Source of the DNA: Styela clava
Lineage: Eukaryota
Direction of reading: 5' to 3'
Assembly: GCF_964204865.1 (NCBI RefSeq)
Contig: NC_135253.1
Location: 10,230,001-10,294,000, forward strand
Length of the DNA: 64,000 nt
This document shows positions 1 through 14,120 of the stretch, in pieces. The position numbers and the translations under genes were made by a program. Each line of letters begins with the position of its first letter. Position 1 is the first letter of the stretch. The notes under the pieces were generated by a model, which was not told where the DNA came from, made no database searches, and worked only from the letters and a program-made list of their open reading frames with translations.

Positions 1-499
1 GACAAATACACAGCACCATACAGTTATGCAATATTCGTGGGAAGTGTTTTATATGCTTGCAATCTTGCTTTATACCACCAGATACTGATTTGTAGGATTT
101 CGCAATGTATGAAGGGCCTGAATCTGTCTGGTTAACTTTAGGCTACTAAATTTATTTGTTAGTATTTGTTTATTTCTTTAGTCAAACTTGAGCAGTATTC
201 AACCACTATTCAAACTAATTGGGAGAACCCAAAAACTTGTTTTTAATTTCTCATATGAATTTTGTTTTCATATTTCAAATAAAATGATTTTGCTTCCTAG
301 GGAATACGCCATAAAAGATGTGAACCAGAGATTTTACTTTGACTACCATAATTTAAAGTATATCTGGTCATAAATTCCTTCAGCCAAATTTTGACTTGAT
401 ACTTGAAACAGGAAAGTGGATGAAACGGCATAGATAAGAGACTCTACAAGATGTCCTACCTAAAATATTGCCTTATTTATTAAAATGTTGAAAACATAC

Positions 500-3400
500 T
501 TTGCATATCTTTCTTGTATTCTTTCTCTTTCCTTCATGGACTCCTAATAAAGATAAGTTAACTTGATACAAAAGAATATAAAAGATGAAATAAATTTTGT
601 TTAACTGCAGAAATTTATTGGTATTTTAAATTTTTAAGGCAATTGGATAAATAATCTGGGTTATTCTTTCTAAATTGATAAATTTATTCCACATGATTTG
701 ATTCTAATATCATACGAAAAAAGCATAGATTAGTATGATTCATTTCTGCAGAAAATACAGCTGTGATTTCACTACGAAAAATCAAACCAAAAACTCACTC
801 ACAGAAAACACTCTACTCTTCAAAATGAAGATATATGAATAATACTGGTACGAAAATAACCTAAAAAAAGTATCCAACAAATTTGCATAACATTTACAAG
901 CTCATTAAAGTTGAAAATTTTCATAACTTAACGATAATATGTTTCATGTTAAAAGCACACCAAACCTACCTTAGAATCTCTAGAATTTGATAATTTGACT
1001 GGTGGTTCACGAACAATGAATTCTTGTGCACGAGCTTTACTCTTTGTTAGAATTAAAAAAAACAAGCGAAAATTGTTGTTAGTAAAAATTATCTACTGTG
1101 CAAACAAGCATTGAAAAATCACAAAGTGTAATTTGATGTTAGTTAATATTCAATTTCAATCAAAAATTAAAAAAAGTGGAAAACAAGAAAAATTCATTAA
1201 TTAAAACCGTTTTGTGATGTGAACATTTAACTGAATTATATGAAGTTTCAAAGTGTTCAACTTATTAGCGCTAAAGAAGGCCATAGAAAATCAGACACTG
1301 ATATGTGGGAAAATACTTCTTATTTCAAATGACTAGAATGGCATGGCCAATTCAATTTCATATAACATGGAGGAACAATGAACATAAAGTCCAAACCAGA
1401 GATCCAACCCACAAAATTTGTGTTCATGAGTTTTGGACAATTACCGTAAATATTACCACCGCATTAAGACTATGCGGAGAATCTACCTATCCTACCAGAA
1501 TTTCTCAGTTATAGAATTGAATATCTTCAATTTATAAATTCCCAAAATATTTCTAAACATAGAAAAGATAAATAAACCCAAAGCAGACACGATTATGATA
1601 AGTTCCAAAATAAAAAATTCGTAAAAATCTTTTTCTGTGATAATTTTTTAGATTGAAGTAGTGAATTAATATCAATTAATGAAATGTCAACTTCATCAAT
1701 AACTTTTTTCAATTAGACAGATAAAAATTCCAATAGTGTATTGTACATGCAAATAGCACAGGTGACATATATATTAACAGTGTAATTTTATGATAAATTG
1801 ATTTTAGATCTTTGAACATGGGTGATTATTTTTTTTTTCTTACCGTTTCAACATCAATTGTGAGATTAGAAACACGATCCTCTAATTCTTGAACAATTCT
1901 GCGAGCTTCTTTATTCTCAAGAAGAAGAGCTAAGAGACAATAACAAAAATTGGCGCTCCAGAAGTGTGTGTACCAATATGGGGGTAACTAATTTTGTTTG
2001 CCTACTTTACATCAATTTGTGTAAAGGGACTGAAACCTATGGGCAGAGGGTATATTCACTTGGCAAACAGAAAGTCCCAGAACTGGTAATAGAACTAAAA
2101 TAAGGAAAATCAGAATAAAATTATGGCATAACCCTAACCTGGTACACACACTACGGGAGAACCCCAAAATTTGCATGTGACGATTTTTAAACAAAAAAAA
2201 TTATGTTTTTTATTTCAACTATTGGATGAATCACTGTCAGATCTACAGTATTTGGAGATAGGAGTGACTTTTCTTTTTCACCCGGCTTCACATATGGCTC
2301 ATTATTTCAGCCCAAGGTTCCTAATTTTACAAAATTTTACCACCTAAACATGAAGAAAGTTTCATCAAGTTTGTGCTGTGTATTTATTTGGAATGGTAGA
2401 CAGACCACTGGGTCTTGTTTTTTTCACCACGTGATCCAGCTCAGGCGATAAGTAAAAGTTGTCATATACCAGTAATTTTTATTAAACTAAAAGTGCTGGA
2501 ATCAAGATTTCATTAAATTAAATGCAGCTGGCTATATAAAATTATATTCAATCCCTATTGAAAATAAATCATATAACTAACATGTTTTTTCTCGGCTTAA
2601 AACATCAACAAGTTTATTTTGTTCAGTTGCTTCTGCCATCAACATTCTTCTGTCATCTTCCATTGTTCTACAAACTTCTTTCATCTGAATTAATTTTTAT
2701 AAAATATTTAAAATATTAAACGCTTTGGTAATTAATGAAATACATAAAATCTCATAGTAAATACAGAAAGAGAAAGCTCAAAAAGTGATTGTTTTTACCA
2801 ATGGCGTTCAAAATAAACTAAATTTTATTCATTTTAGTCATACCAAAGTTTCAAAACCAAGAAATCTAATCTTAGTCAGTGATGAGAGCTAAACATATAT
2901 GTTTCATTGCTATTGGACAAGTCCTTTTTGGCGAGTTTCACTAAGCGACCATGTTGAGTGACCTTTTGTGGAAATATGTAATGAATGCAATGAACATATT
3001 ATAATAGAATATCCATACCAAGCGCAGAGTGATCAACCCATGTATGCCTCAAGAACTCACCATTCACCAAGTCAAAATTCTACTAAAACCAATCTAACCT
3101 GTGTTTTGCTGACATTGATATTTTCCATCAATTTTTCTCTTTCGTTTTCTCTATCATATATCTCCTTCTTTATTACACCAATTTTATGCTGAAAAAGTAA
3201 ATGAAGTTATTAGAAAAGAAATATTTCTAAATATTAATATTAAAATCAAAGTTTTTGCAACCTCGTATTTCTAGTGATAAAAATAGCATTTTGCCAAAAA
3301 AAAAATTTGACAATAAGATTGCATTTCTAACTATTATTTTATTCAATTTTTAGTTTCCATTCTCACCCTCATCGAAGACAACCAAGTATGAACATCATTG

Positions 3401-6400
3401 AGTGAACAAATTCCATCAGAATCATTCATTGAACGTCTTAATAATAGAGCGGTATCATCTTGATGTAATGCTGATGATAGGTCTTCAATATCTTGTGTCA
3501 AAGCAGTCTATAAATGAAAAATAAGTAATTAAAAATGAATTATTGGCCTATTGTTAAATAAAACAGTGAATAATGGCATACTGAAACATATATATCAAAA
3601 TATGTCCTATTTTGTTAGAAGGATAGCTATGATGCCTTAGAAAAGGAATCCAAAACAATGATAAACGATTGTTACATTTCGAATCGGGATTGGTTAACTG
3701 GGTATAATGTTTAAAAAGTCTCACACCCATATTTACTCGATCTTGTACGGCAGATTCCAGCAGAGATTCAGCATCAAACAAGTATTATACACTGAGGGAT
3801 TGTCTTTGTATGAAAAATCAATTTTGTTATATTTAAAATGAATCCTAGGACCTAGAACATTAAGATATTTGGATCTGATGGGTATATTATTTCATATATA
3901 CCTGTACTGCTTCTAAATCTTGTTCCATTTTTTTAACACGATCTCTCGCAAATATCAAATCATCTTCTAACTTTCGAAGTTCAGCTGATGTTTTTGAAAC
4001 TTCTTCATTCTAGATAATTAATTCAGAAACGAAAAAAGTGTGTATCTTAAAGTGGCACGATTGTATTTATTTATCAGTAATGAAGGAAGCATGACAAAAA
4101 AAGGCTCATGAGCATAGCTGAGATAACATAAACATCAATTTAATCAATGGGTGTGTGGCATAGTGGTTAAAACTCTGGGCCAAACTATGCTGGTGTTGCA
4201 AAATGGAGGTTTCAAATCACATGACCATGATTTCAGCCTAGGCTTGAAATAAATTGCAAAGCCAGGAATATTGTGATCCTATCCAAATTATTAGACCCTA
4301 AATCAAGGACCCAGGGGCTAAAAATTTTGCTCATCTATACTGGTGGCGGGCCAGGTAAGTAAGACGTAAAAAATTACATTTATAAACAATATTTATAATG
4401 TTACAAAAGCAAAAGTGGAAAACAATAAGCCTTGTGCCAAAACTAAATTTAATCACAATCTCAACAAATTCCTTGAGCTATTTTTTAGCTCAAAAATTTG
4501 GTTTCAGTTTGGTTGTGGCATTATCAAGCAAGCCAGTTTGAGTTACCAAACGGACCAGATTTCGCCTGCGGGCCGTAGTTTTCCCATGTCAGCCCTAAAT
4601 GTTACAGCATCAGCTTGTACAAAGCCTGGTTCAAAAGTGAAGGTGAGAATGTCCACAAGAAGAATCAACTACTAAACTACATATCAATGGATTTTCACTA
4701 AATTTAATGGATTATTTTGATAGCTTATCACATAATGAGTGCATACTTTTCGAGTTTTCATAGTAATTAGACTTACTTTATCTTCAAATCGTGTTTTAGC
4801 ATTCACATATTTTTCTCGAAATTTATCAATTTCATTCTGTAATGTGATATTTTTCTTCATACATGTTTGTAATTCCTCTTGAGATCTCAACATTTTTCTT
4901 TCTGCGTCTCTTCGAGCGGCTTTGCTCTCATTTGCTTCCACCTGATAGAATGAAAACAAAGTGATATTGCTTGCATGGTCAAATACACTGTGGTTTTTTA
5001 CTAAAACTTTTTTATCATAGATTTGTGTAGCTGTTGATCAACGACATACTCGTATAGCAGGTGGAAGAACAATATGTATAAAAATATAATCCAGAATGAA
5101 GAATTATAAACAAGCTTTGAACTACAAATTTTATAGAAGTGTGCAAAACTGACAACTTTAAGTAATTTATAAATATATACTATTTTAACAGGTCGAATAT
5201 TCCCAGCACCGTCGAGCACACTTCTGATTTATCTAAACTTTACTTTACTTGAATCAAACTCATAATCAACAAATTCTCTTTTTTATATAATATTTTAAAC
5301 TGTTAATACATTGCATAACTGTTTATAGTTTTCAGTTATAATTCCACGAGCTTATAGTTTTCAAAATCCTTAGCATAATAAACACTCACATTAATCCCAT
5401 GTATTTCTCTTTCTAGAAAATCTCTCTCATCACTTATCTTCTTGTTCAGTTTCTGCATATTATCCGCATTCAAAGATTCATTATGATGCATTTGGGCTCG
5501 TAACTTGCTGATTTCTTTTTTGTGAGTTTCTCTTTCCTGAAATTCAAACAACAAAGTACTTAGCATGATACTATATTATGACCAAGGATGAAACACTCAA
5601 CCTTGGGGGAACAATGAATTAAATGTGTAAAAAATTGTATTGAAATATACAAATTACAAATGTTACAAAAAACGCACCAAAAAAATCTGGCAGTAAAGTT
5701 GTAACAAATAAAGAATTTAAAATGAATACTTTCAGATTGAGAATGGAAATCACTTTATCCTAATACAAAAAAAAATGAATGTTACGAACATGGGTTCAAA
5801 AGTTGGTTAGTCCCGGGTCAGCCTACCCAGATAGTTTTGTAGTCCAGTGGTTTGAGTATTGAATCAAAATATGTTGGTGCCACAGATTAAAGATATCTGG
5901 TCAAACCATTGGCTGTGCCCTACCATCTTACCCAGAGTGTAATAAATTGGATAAACAATGCATAACCAGAAAAAATTTGTCCCTTCCAACTGAATGGATG
6001 CTTGCACACAGATGAAGGTGTAGAAATGCCCCATAGATTGCATAGAACAATTAATCATAGGAGCAAGGTGGGGCCCAGGATTTCATTAAATGGGTCACGG
6101 TGAAATGGAAACACTGCGCCAAAAGTGGGGGTGGGGGTTGAGCCCCTTGACCCCCGCTGGCTGCTCCCCTGTATCTGAAGTAGTATCTAAACTTTTCAAA
6201 ACAAAATGTCCAGATGCTTCTTGTTTGAAGCCTTGTTCAATTAAATAAAGTATTGCTCACAATATCAAGTTGTTTATGAAGTGCGCTCAATTCCAATCTC
6301 ATTGCTTCCATTTGTTTTTCTGCTTCTTCTGTTCGTTTCTGGCAAGTTCTTCTGTTTGTATTTTCAGCATCTAACTTTGATGTAAGTTCAGCTTTTTGAA

Positions 6401-9400
6401 TACTGAGTTCACGAATTTCTTTCTGTAATGATAAAAGTAAAATAATTAAGTAGGAGAATGAAATTTATGTCAGTTAAATAATGGAATTGGGCTTATGCCT
6501 TCATATTGATTCTGTCCAATGCATTTTTAAATATGGAACATTGAATGAGTGATGTCCAAAAATTAAATAAGTGTCTATTACGAATACAATTGGAAACAAA
6601 AAATAATTTTGAAAACAGAAAAAATATATTTCAAATGGAAACTTGAGAGGCGATTGCAAAGTCTGAATTACCGGAAGATAATGCATGAAGGTTAAAAACT
6701 ATCATTTAATTTGTCCATAGTTTTCAGAAGTTAAATTAGGGCCTTCAGTATTATTAGCAGGTTTTAATTGCTCAAGATGTCAATTTTGGATTTTTGTATC
6801 CAACTATCAAATTTCAATTGCTAGAAATGACAATTTTTCAAAATAAAGTAAAACATATAAACCTATTCATTCTTCAAAATTAAAATAATGACAAATTATT
6901 CATTACCTGCATATTAGTAGTTTGTGATTTGAGAGTTTCATATAAAGACTGAATAGCTTTAGTTTCTTCTTGTGATCTTCGAAGATCTTCTTTTATAACT
7001 GCGATTCTGTTATTAGAATAAAAAGACTTGAAATAATTTAAGGATTATAGAATGCTTTCAATTGAAAATATGTGAAATGAAAATATAGAAATGAATATAA
7101 ATATAGAATGGTCACTAGAAAAACATAAAATTTATCGAACCGCTATTTACTTTTACAAAAAATAACTTTTACAATGTTATTTCCTGCCTTTTTACATGAT
7201 GTGGGTGTCAAAATAGAACCTAAAAGGTATCAACCTAAAACAACCTGGAAAAAATAAAAAGTATCAAAAAAGAAATGAGTAAGCACGCATTTTATTCGTG
7301 ATCTCGTTTGACCTTCAAATTTTCTGCTTTTCTTATCACCCTGTATAAATATGTTATTCATATCATCTCAAAAACTATTTAAGTGATTTCCAAATTGAAT
7401 GTGAAGCAATAGTAAATAGTAATATTAACCTATCATTTCTTTGTCTAACTTCATCTTCTAAACTTGCAATGATTTGATTCGATTCTTCTATTTTTTTATT
7501 CATTTCTCTCATTTCGTCATCAGATTTTGAGATCTCAGTGTCTCTGCGTTGCAACCTCTCTTCCAAATCAGCTCGTTTTGACTAAAAAAGTAATAATTCA
7601 GTTTTTAGTGAAATATAAATGAGAATTGTTAGAGAAATTCAGCAAAAATTAGACAATAAAAATAAAAGAATTATTCATAAATTGACGAAAATAAAATCTG
7701 AATAAATTTGAAAAAAAAATTCAACTAATATTGAATTCTACAGTGAAAATTGAAACTTTCAGAAAGAAAAAAGCCATTCAGTAATCAGTTATACAGATAA
7801 AAGTATGAAGCATTTCAAACTTACAATTAAATCATCCATTTCCTTCCTCAAAGCTTCATTTTGTTGGTAAACTGAAAAAATAACAACACAAAGTTAAGTA
7901 AAAAGTAACATATCAGTGTTACATTTAGTCAGCATATTAAGTAGAAAAATCAGTCATGAACAACAGGTAGACACACACAAAGCTCCATTCAAGATAAAAA
8001 ATACTATGCTTTAAATGGAATATAAAATGATTACAAATGAATGAAATGGAAATGCACCAATCCAATCATCATCATTAATTTTCAGAATTTATTTTAGTTT
8101 TATAAGAAAGGATTATATATATTATATAACTATGATTTTCATCGAAAAATGCATAAATAAATGATTTAATTGCAGGAAATGATAAATTAGTAGAAGTTAG
8201 AAACCTTCGATTCGAACCACTTTCAATCCATTGTCAAAGCCATGTCAACCATTTCATCAAGGTCTAAAAATCTGGCTAAGTCAAGGTGTACACCTTATTT
8301 TATTGAAACCTAGAAACTACTCATAAATATAAAAGTAGCAGCCACTATAGAGCCTTGTTCAGAGCAGAATGAAAAGTATAAATCATTAAAAATATGAAAA
8401 AAAAACCATTAATTTACCTGCATTCATTTGTGATTTAGTCGTCTGATTTTCCTTGACCAATTCTTCATTTTTAGAAACTTGTTGTTCCACATTGTCATGC
8501 AGCCTTTCGTTTTCTTTTTCCAATTTCTTACATTTTGCCTTCCACCTGAATCAGATAGATTTTTTTGAATTTATTTATACGTTGGCATGCGATGAACAAT
8601 GACACCAATGGGGATAAGGTAGATTTTTACACTGCATTTTTCAAATTTTCATGTGACTATTTTTAATTTCCAATATCCAGCTGGCATCAATTCGGATGGT
8701 ACTGGTTGAGAATAAAAACATTTGAATATTTTGAAACAAAACAATTTTCTAATTCATCTTGATTGATGAAAGAAAAAGATCGAGTAGGTAGCAAATGCTT
8801 GAAAACTGGCAACAAAATCAAAATCGAAAGAATGATGAGCATGATTTAGGTTCCAGACCAAACATACCAGCAACTGTTAAATTTGACTCAAATGGCCACA
8901 ATAGCTAGTCCCAAACTGTTTCCGTTGGTCTGCATGTGTGATTATCCGTTTTTTATTTACCATCACCCTCTATAACTATTCTAAAGCAAAAGTAGTACAA
9001 GCAATTTTGTAGAAAATAACAAACATACTGTCGAAAAGTATCTTGGGCTTGATTTCTTAATTCATCTTTTTCTTTTTCGGCATCGTCATGGAGACGTTCA
9101 ACTTTTTTCAATTCATTCATATACTTCTCTGTATCTCTGTCATTCAAAACATGTTTTATAAGAAAATTGAACTGAAGCGGAAAAATATTCAAAATGGTCC
9201 CACTGGTCCTTATATAATTGAGATTTTTTTCAATAGCATTCACTTTTGTTTCCATTTTTGCCAAAATTGAAAGCATTAAATATTTTTGAAACTTCAAATT
9301 TAAAATGTATAAGTGTATAAATCATTAACAGAATTTTTATTTCAGTCTCTGATACATAGCAATTAGCTATATTGAAAAACAATATTCCCAATTCATTACA

Positions 9401-12400
9401 AACATGGGTTTTGAACAAGAGATTTGTTATTTGTGAGTCTGGTGCTATGATTGTGGTTTAATTTTCCAAAATCTGGAATTGAGTGCAATTTTTGTTAGTT
9501 CAGGAGAATATTTGTTAAAACATCCTTTTTCTATATGCATTTCACTCGTAAGATGGCTGTACAAGCAGACACTTCAAGATAAGGTGCTACTATTTTAGGA
9601 GGACCAGGATCTTTCCATTTTCAAATTTATTTTGCCCTGGGTTTGATGACGTACATGGGATTCGAACTCAAGATGTTTAATCTGCACCACAGCATAAATA
9701 TGGATAGACCCTTTATTCACAGACTTACCGAACAAATCTTTGTTCAAGCAAAACACAATTTACAGGAAAATTTCTCATACAGGAAAATATAAAATCCAGA
9801 GTGAACAGAGATGATTTTGATTACCTTCCATAGTCTTGAAGCTTTAGGAGGGCATCTTCAAGTTGGGTAGATAATTTTTCTCGATCTCGTTCAGTATCTT
9901 GAACAGTCCGCTGTGTTTCATGTAATTGATTTAATAATCTAGCTTGAGATTGATCCTTCTTCTCTAAATCTTTAGTTAAAACCTGCAATAAATTTGGTAA
10001 AATATCAAAATCCCAGTGATATTAACCATTAACTTTATAGCATAATTGGTCTAAGGCATAGAAAGCATAATTCTTGAATAACATTGTTTCTTGAACAATA
10101 ATAATTTTAAATCCTATTTCAACTGAATGCCTCTGTCAGTGAAATCTAACAAACAACTCAAACAAAGCAGTTGTGACAGGAAAAAGTAGCTTATTATCAA
10201 TCAATGATACCCTATTTCCTATTATTAAGTGATAGGCTTGAATCCTCACTTAGACAAGCAATAAAATAGATTCATTAGATATTCATAAAACACTATGAAT
10301 TGAAATAAAACTTACTTCAATATGATCAGACAATTGCTGTCTTTGTCTTTCACTTTTCTCTAGATTTTTCCTCATTTCATCCAATTGCACAACACCAACA
10401 GAATGTTTCAAAGCAGATCTTAAATCTGCAATTTCTTCTTCTTGTTTTCGTTTCTCATCATTATATCTTTGTGATGCTGTTGATTGCAAATAGAAATCAT
10501 TACCAAATTATACAGTATTTTTACAACAGCCAATAATATAGAAAGATTACAGGTATAATTATTCGTTTTATAACAGCTTGACAGAGAACAACATTGTTTA
10601 TTTCCTTGTCAAAACCTTTTATCATAATAGGAATACACTATGGAAAATATTATTAAAAAAGGGCCACTCGCCACTCTATTGTACAATACTGACAGAATTC
10701 AGATAAGTTCAGCTTGTAGGTGTGGCACATTATGTGTTGAAGTATGTTTGCCTCTGATTACTGTGCTTGGGTTCGAATACTGTCGGGGCTAATTATGTGC
10801 GTGCGGATTACTGGACTCATTGCGTCATGGGTAGGTTCACGTTACAGCTGGTTGGATACAGTTTCCTCCACTAACAGGTCCTTGCATCTAAAACAAATAC
10901 CGGTAACCGGTCAACTGTTCCCATACCCAATAATGACTAGTAACCGGACGGCTTGCCATATAATTAAGCTGTCTTATCAAGATTCCTCTACTTCCAGATA
11001 AATATGAAAATCCTATCCTATTTTGTATTTGTTTTAAACCAGAAAAAAATCACAACAATTTGCCTTCCATCTGTTATTCACTTACAAGCTAATAGTCTTC
11101 TTTCATCAGCTTCTTTCTCTCTTAATACTTGTTGCGCTGTAAGTTGTTCACGAACTTGTTGTTCTAAATCCAATTTGCTTTTCTCTGATTTAGAAATTTG
11201 GTTTCGAAGGTCAGCTGAAACAGATAAACATAAAATCTTTCAGTGGTCACAACAACATTGTTAGCTGTTATTATTTTGGGAACTAGACATCGCATACCAT
11301 TCTAAACATAAATATAAAACACATCTGTATACTCTGTATACTGGTAAAAGATTCAGTAAAGCATGTTGAAATATAGGGAATCTACTAATAAAATTTCAGA
11401 ATATTCAATGTCTCAGAGCCTATATCGGGCTCTGCATCAGGTGCCATAGAAAATCATAGGTGATTTTCGTAATTTCAGTCCTTAAATTGTGGCATAATAT
11501 CATGATTTCCCAAAAGATTGAGATATTGGCTTATCTTTCAACCTACTTGCTTGCTTGCTATATATTCGGTACTCCCGCAGTGTGTGTACCAGGTTAGGAT
11601 TAATCAATTTTCCTTATTTTGGGTATATTGAGAGTTCAGACTGTCTGTGTTAGCCAAGTGAATATACCCCCTGCCCATAGGTTTCAGACCCCTATTCTAC
11701 ATACCAATCTGTCCCATCAATGCTTCTCGTCCTCCTTCTGATTGCTCTAATCTTCTTCTCATTGAATCCATATCAGTTTCCATTGCTCTCTTCCCTGCTT
11801 CAGCTTGTAACAGTTGGTTGCGAAGAACAACTTCATCATCTTGATTCCTAAATTGTATTTTTTCCATGTAATTCTCATTTTTAAGAGTTTAAGAGTTGAT
11901 AACTGACACAAAAATTTTGCAATACGACAAAAAAGCGATGACATTTCAGAATAAACATATCCAGAATTATGATAAATTAGAATATGAATAACATAATTAC
12001 ATAATAATAATTACCTGCCAAGAAAATGGTATCTCATGCATAGATATCAGACAGTAAACATTAAGACCTTCTTTAACGGCGCTCCAGAAGTGTGTATACC
12101 AATATGGAGGTAACTAAATTTGTTCGCCTATTTTACATCAAGTTTTGAAAAGAGACGGAAACCTATGAGCAGGGGGTATATTCACTTTGCTAACACACAG
12201 TCCCCGAACTTGTAATAGAACTAAAATACGGAAAATGGGAATAAAATTTTGCCCTCACCCTAACCTGGTACACATACTACGAGAATACCCTTTTAACAAA
12301 TTTAGATCAGTGAAAAGCAAGGATGACAACAATAAAGCAAAACAGGTAAACAACAAAGAAGAAAAGCATACTTTGCTTGACTTTTTCTTAAAAGATCCCT

Positions 12401-14120
12401 TGTTGCATCAGTAGCAAATCGAGCTGCATTCTCTCTTTCACTGACCAACTCATTTTCTAATTGTTTTAATCTACGTTCAACACGATCTGCTGCTGAATCA
12501 CCGAGTCCATTTCCATTAACTTCTTTTAATGCTTTTCGCGATCCCAATTCAGAACTGTGTAGAATATTGATAAAATCATAATAAAATTTTTGAAGATATT
12601 CAGGGTTAAAAGCAAAGTAGTAAACTTAGTGCAGGGGAAAATGTTTATAATTTGAAAGCATATAGTATAAAAATCATCAGAAACAACAGTCAAGGTAAAA
12701 ATGAGCTAACTTCACAAATAATTACCGATATTGTAATTCATCATCCATTCTTGATTGGTTTGCAACCAACTCTGACACTCTTCCTCTCAAATCTCGAACC
12801 TGAAAGTATCGATTTTGAAACTTACAGAAAAAATTAAAGTTTAATAATAACATTATTATATGACTGGAGAATGACATAATCAAACAAGTCTATTTTCTGG
12901 AAAATGTTGTAATACTTATTTAAAAAGCAGGAGGAAGCATCATACAATGGCATAAAGGTAGTTCAAGCAGCGAAAGTGGGTTCTTTGTCTACTGACCATA
13001 TTTCTTTCTGATTTGGGCTAAGGATTTTTGCTACAAAAGTTTAAAAGTTTTCCTGAATAGGGGCTTATTTGTCATTGATTAAAATCTTCAATGATTATAA
13101 GTTCAGTTTAAGCAATGTATGCCTTTGCTGCACAAACTGCGACATGAAGGCCCTCACCCAAACTGAATGAGTCATATATAGCTATCCCTTTCTACGAGCT
13201 AACAAGACAAGATTATTTTACATCTTACCGATTCATTGAGATGATCTGATGGTCCAGCTGTTGTTCTAGATGTTCTTTCAAAGCCAAGACTACTCGCTGG
13301 TCTAGGTCGTGTTCCCCTTGCTGCAAAGAATAACAAAATTCTTATTAAAAAAGACTGTTAATGTGGCATAGTCTGTTTAATAATAAACAAACAAATCATA
13401 ATCAAGTATGAATTGATATCCAGTAATGGAATCAACAATTACAACCTGTCACCATCTACTCATGTGCCGCATAACACTGGTGAAAATATCCAAAATTATT
13501 TCAAAACTTACAAGAAGTAAAATCACTTTGATGAAGACTTCTTGTTTCACGAGCTGCTGCTCTCTTTTCTCTTTCATATCTTAATTTGTTTATTGATCCT
13601 TCCAGGTCATTTTTCAACTGCAAAATAAAAAATTATATTTGGCGAGTCAAATAATTCAAGCGTAAAATTCTTCCCATTTTTTAAAAATGATATTGACAGG
13701 GTTGAAATAAAAAATGTAAGTCCAAATTTCAATTCCTGAGTAAGCCAAATTGAGTTCTTCTTTCCAAGAACTAACTTGATAATTTTTGAACAATATCAGT
13801 AAAAAAGATATTAAAATAACTGAAACAAAATAATTAACTAATCTTCTTACCTTGGATAAAGCTGACATAGAATCATCATGAACATCTTTGAAGTCTGAAA
13901 GTCTGGAATCCATGCTTTCTAAATTCCTTGATGTATCTTCTAAGTTGTCCGCTATTCTATCAACTCTTCTTGTAATAGATAATGGATCCATGATTGTGAC
14001 ATGTCTTGATCCACGCAGAATCCCAGCAGGAGGAGATGGTAACCTTCTCCTAGATGGATTCTGTGGAGGAGAGTTTTCAGAAGAGGAAGAGTCCACAAAT
14101 CTTTGGCGACGACTCGGCAT
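500..14120 (-). CDS. CEP128: Centrosomal protein CEP128-like long coiled-coil protein (multi-exon, more than 20 exons; 3' end unresolved)
   Basis: ATG at 14120. N-terminal TRRVDRIADNLEDTSRNLESMDSRLSDFKDVHDDSMSALSK|LKNDLEGSINKLR matches my recollection of the vertebrate CEP128 N-terminus (VNTITSTLQDTSRNLRQVDQML...LKESLEQSIDQLR). GT-AG flanked E/K/R/Q-rich exons occur at about 13851-14120, 13512-13617, 13229-13317, 12726-12798, 12372-12555, 11705-11901, 11085-11214, 10316-10476, 9826-9981, 9028-9170, 8418-8545, 7825-7871, 7429-7581, 6908-7006, 6261-6422, 5390-5536, 4778-4941, 3902-4009, 3367-3507, 3099-3188, 2582-2684, 1843-1929, 970-1041 and 500-543. The last exon still ends in a donor. Confidence 0.85.
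1951..2164. mobile_element. Non-autonomous TIR element (family B), copy 1
   Basis: Imperfect TIRs GGCGCTCCAGAAGTGTGTGTACCA / TGGTACACACACTACGGGAGAACCC; internal AACCCTAACC; flanks AAAAAT/CAAAAT; close homologue at 12077-12290. Confidence 0.75.
10719..11021 (+). mobile_element. tRNA-derived SINE, diverged copy
   Basis: GGTTCGAATAC B-box, GGTTCACGTTACAGCTGGTTGG core and GATAAATATGAAAATCCTATCCTA tail shared with copies at 15.5, 27.4 and 51.7 kb. Confidence 0.75.
11568..11693. mobile_element. Family B TIR element, partial inverted copy
   Basis: GGTACTCCCGCAGTGTGTGTACCAGGTTAGG...GTGAATATACCCCCTGCCCATAGGTTTCAG is the reverse complement of part of the 1951-2164 element. Confidence 0.7.
12077..12290. 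mobile_element. Family B TIR element, copy 2
   Basis: Colinear with 1951-2164 along its whole length; flanks CTTTAA/TTTTAA. Confidence 0.8.

Noticed and set aside
1-400. Candidate terminal exons of CEP128 (for example PFIHCEIL...YKARLQAYK*)
   Set aside because: Several acceptors are possible and none gives convincing CEP128-like sequence; left unresolved.
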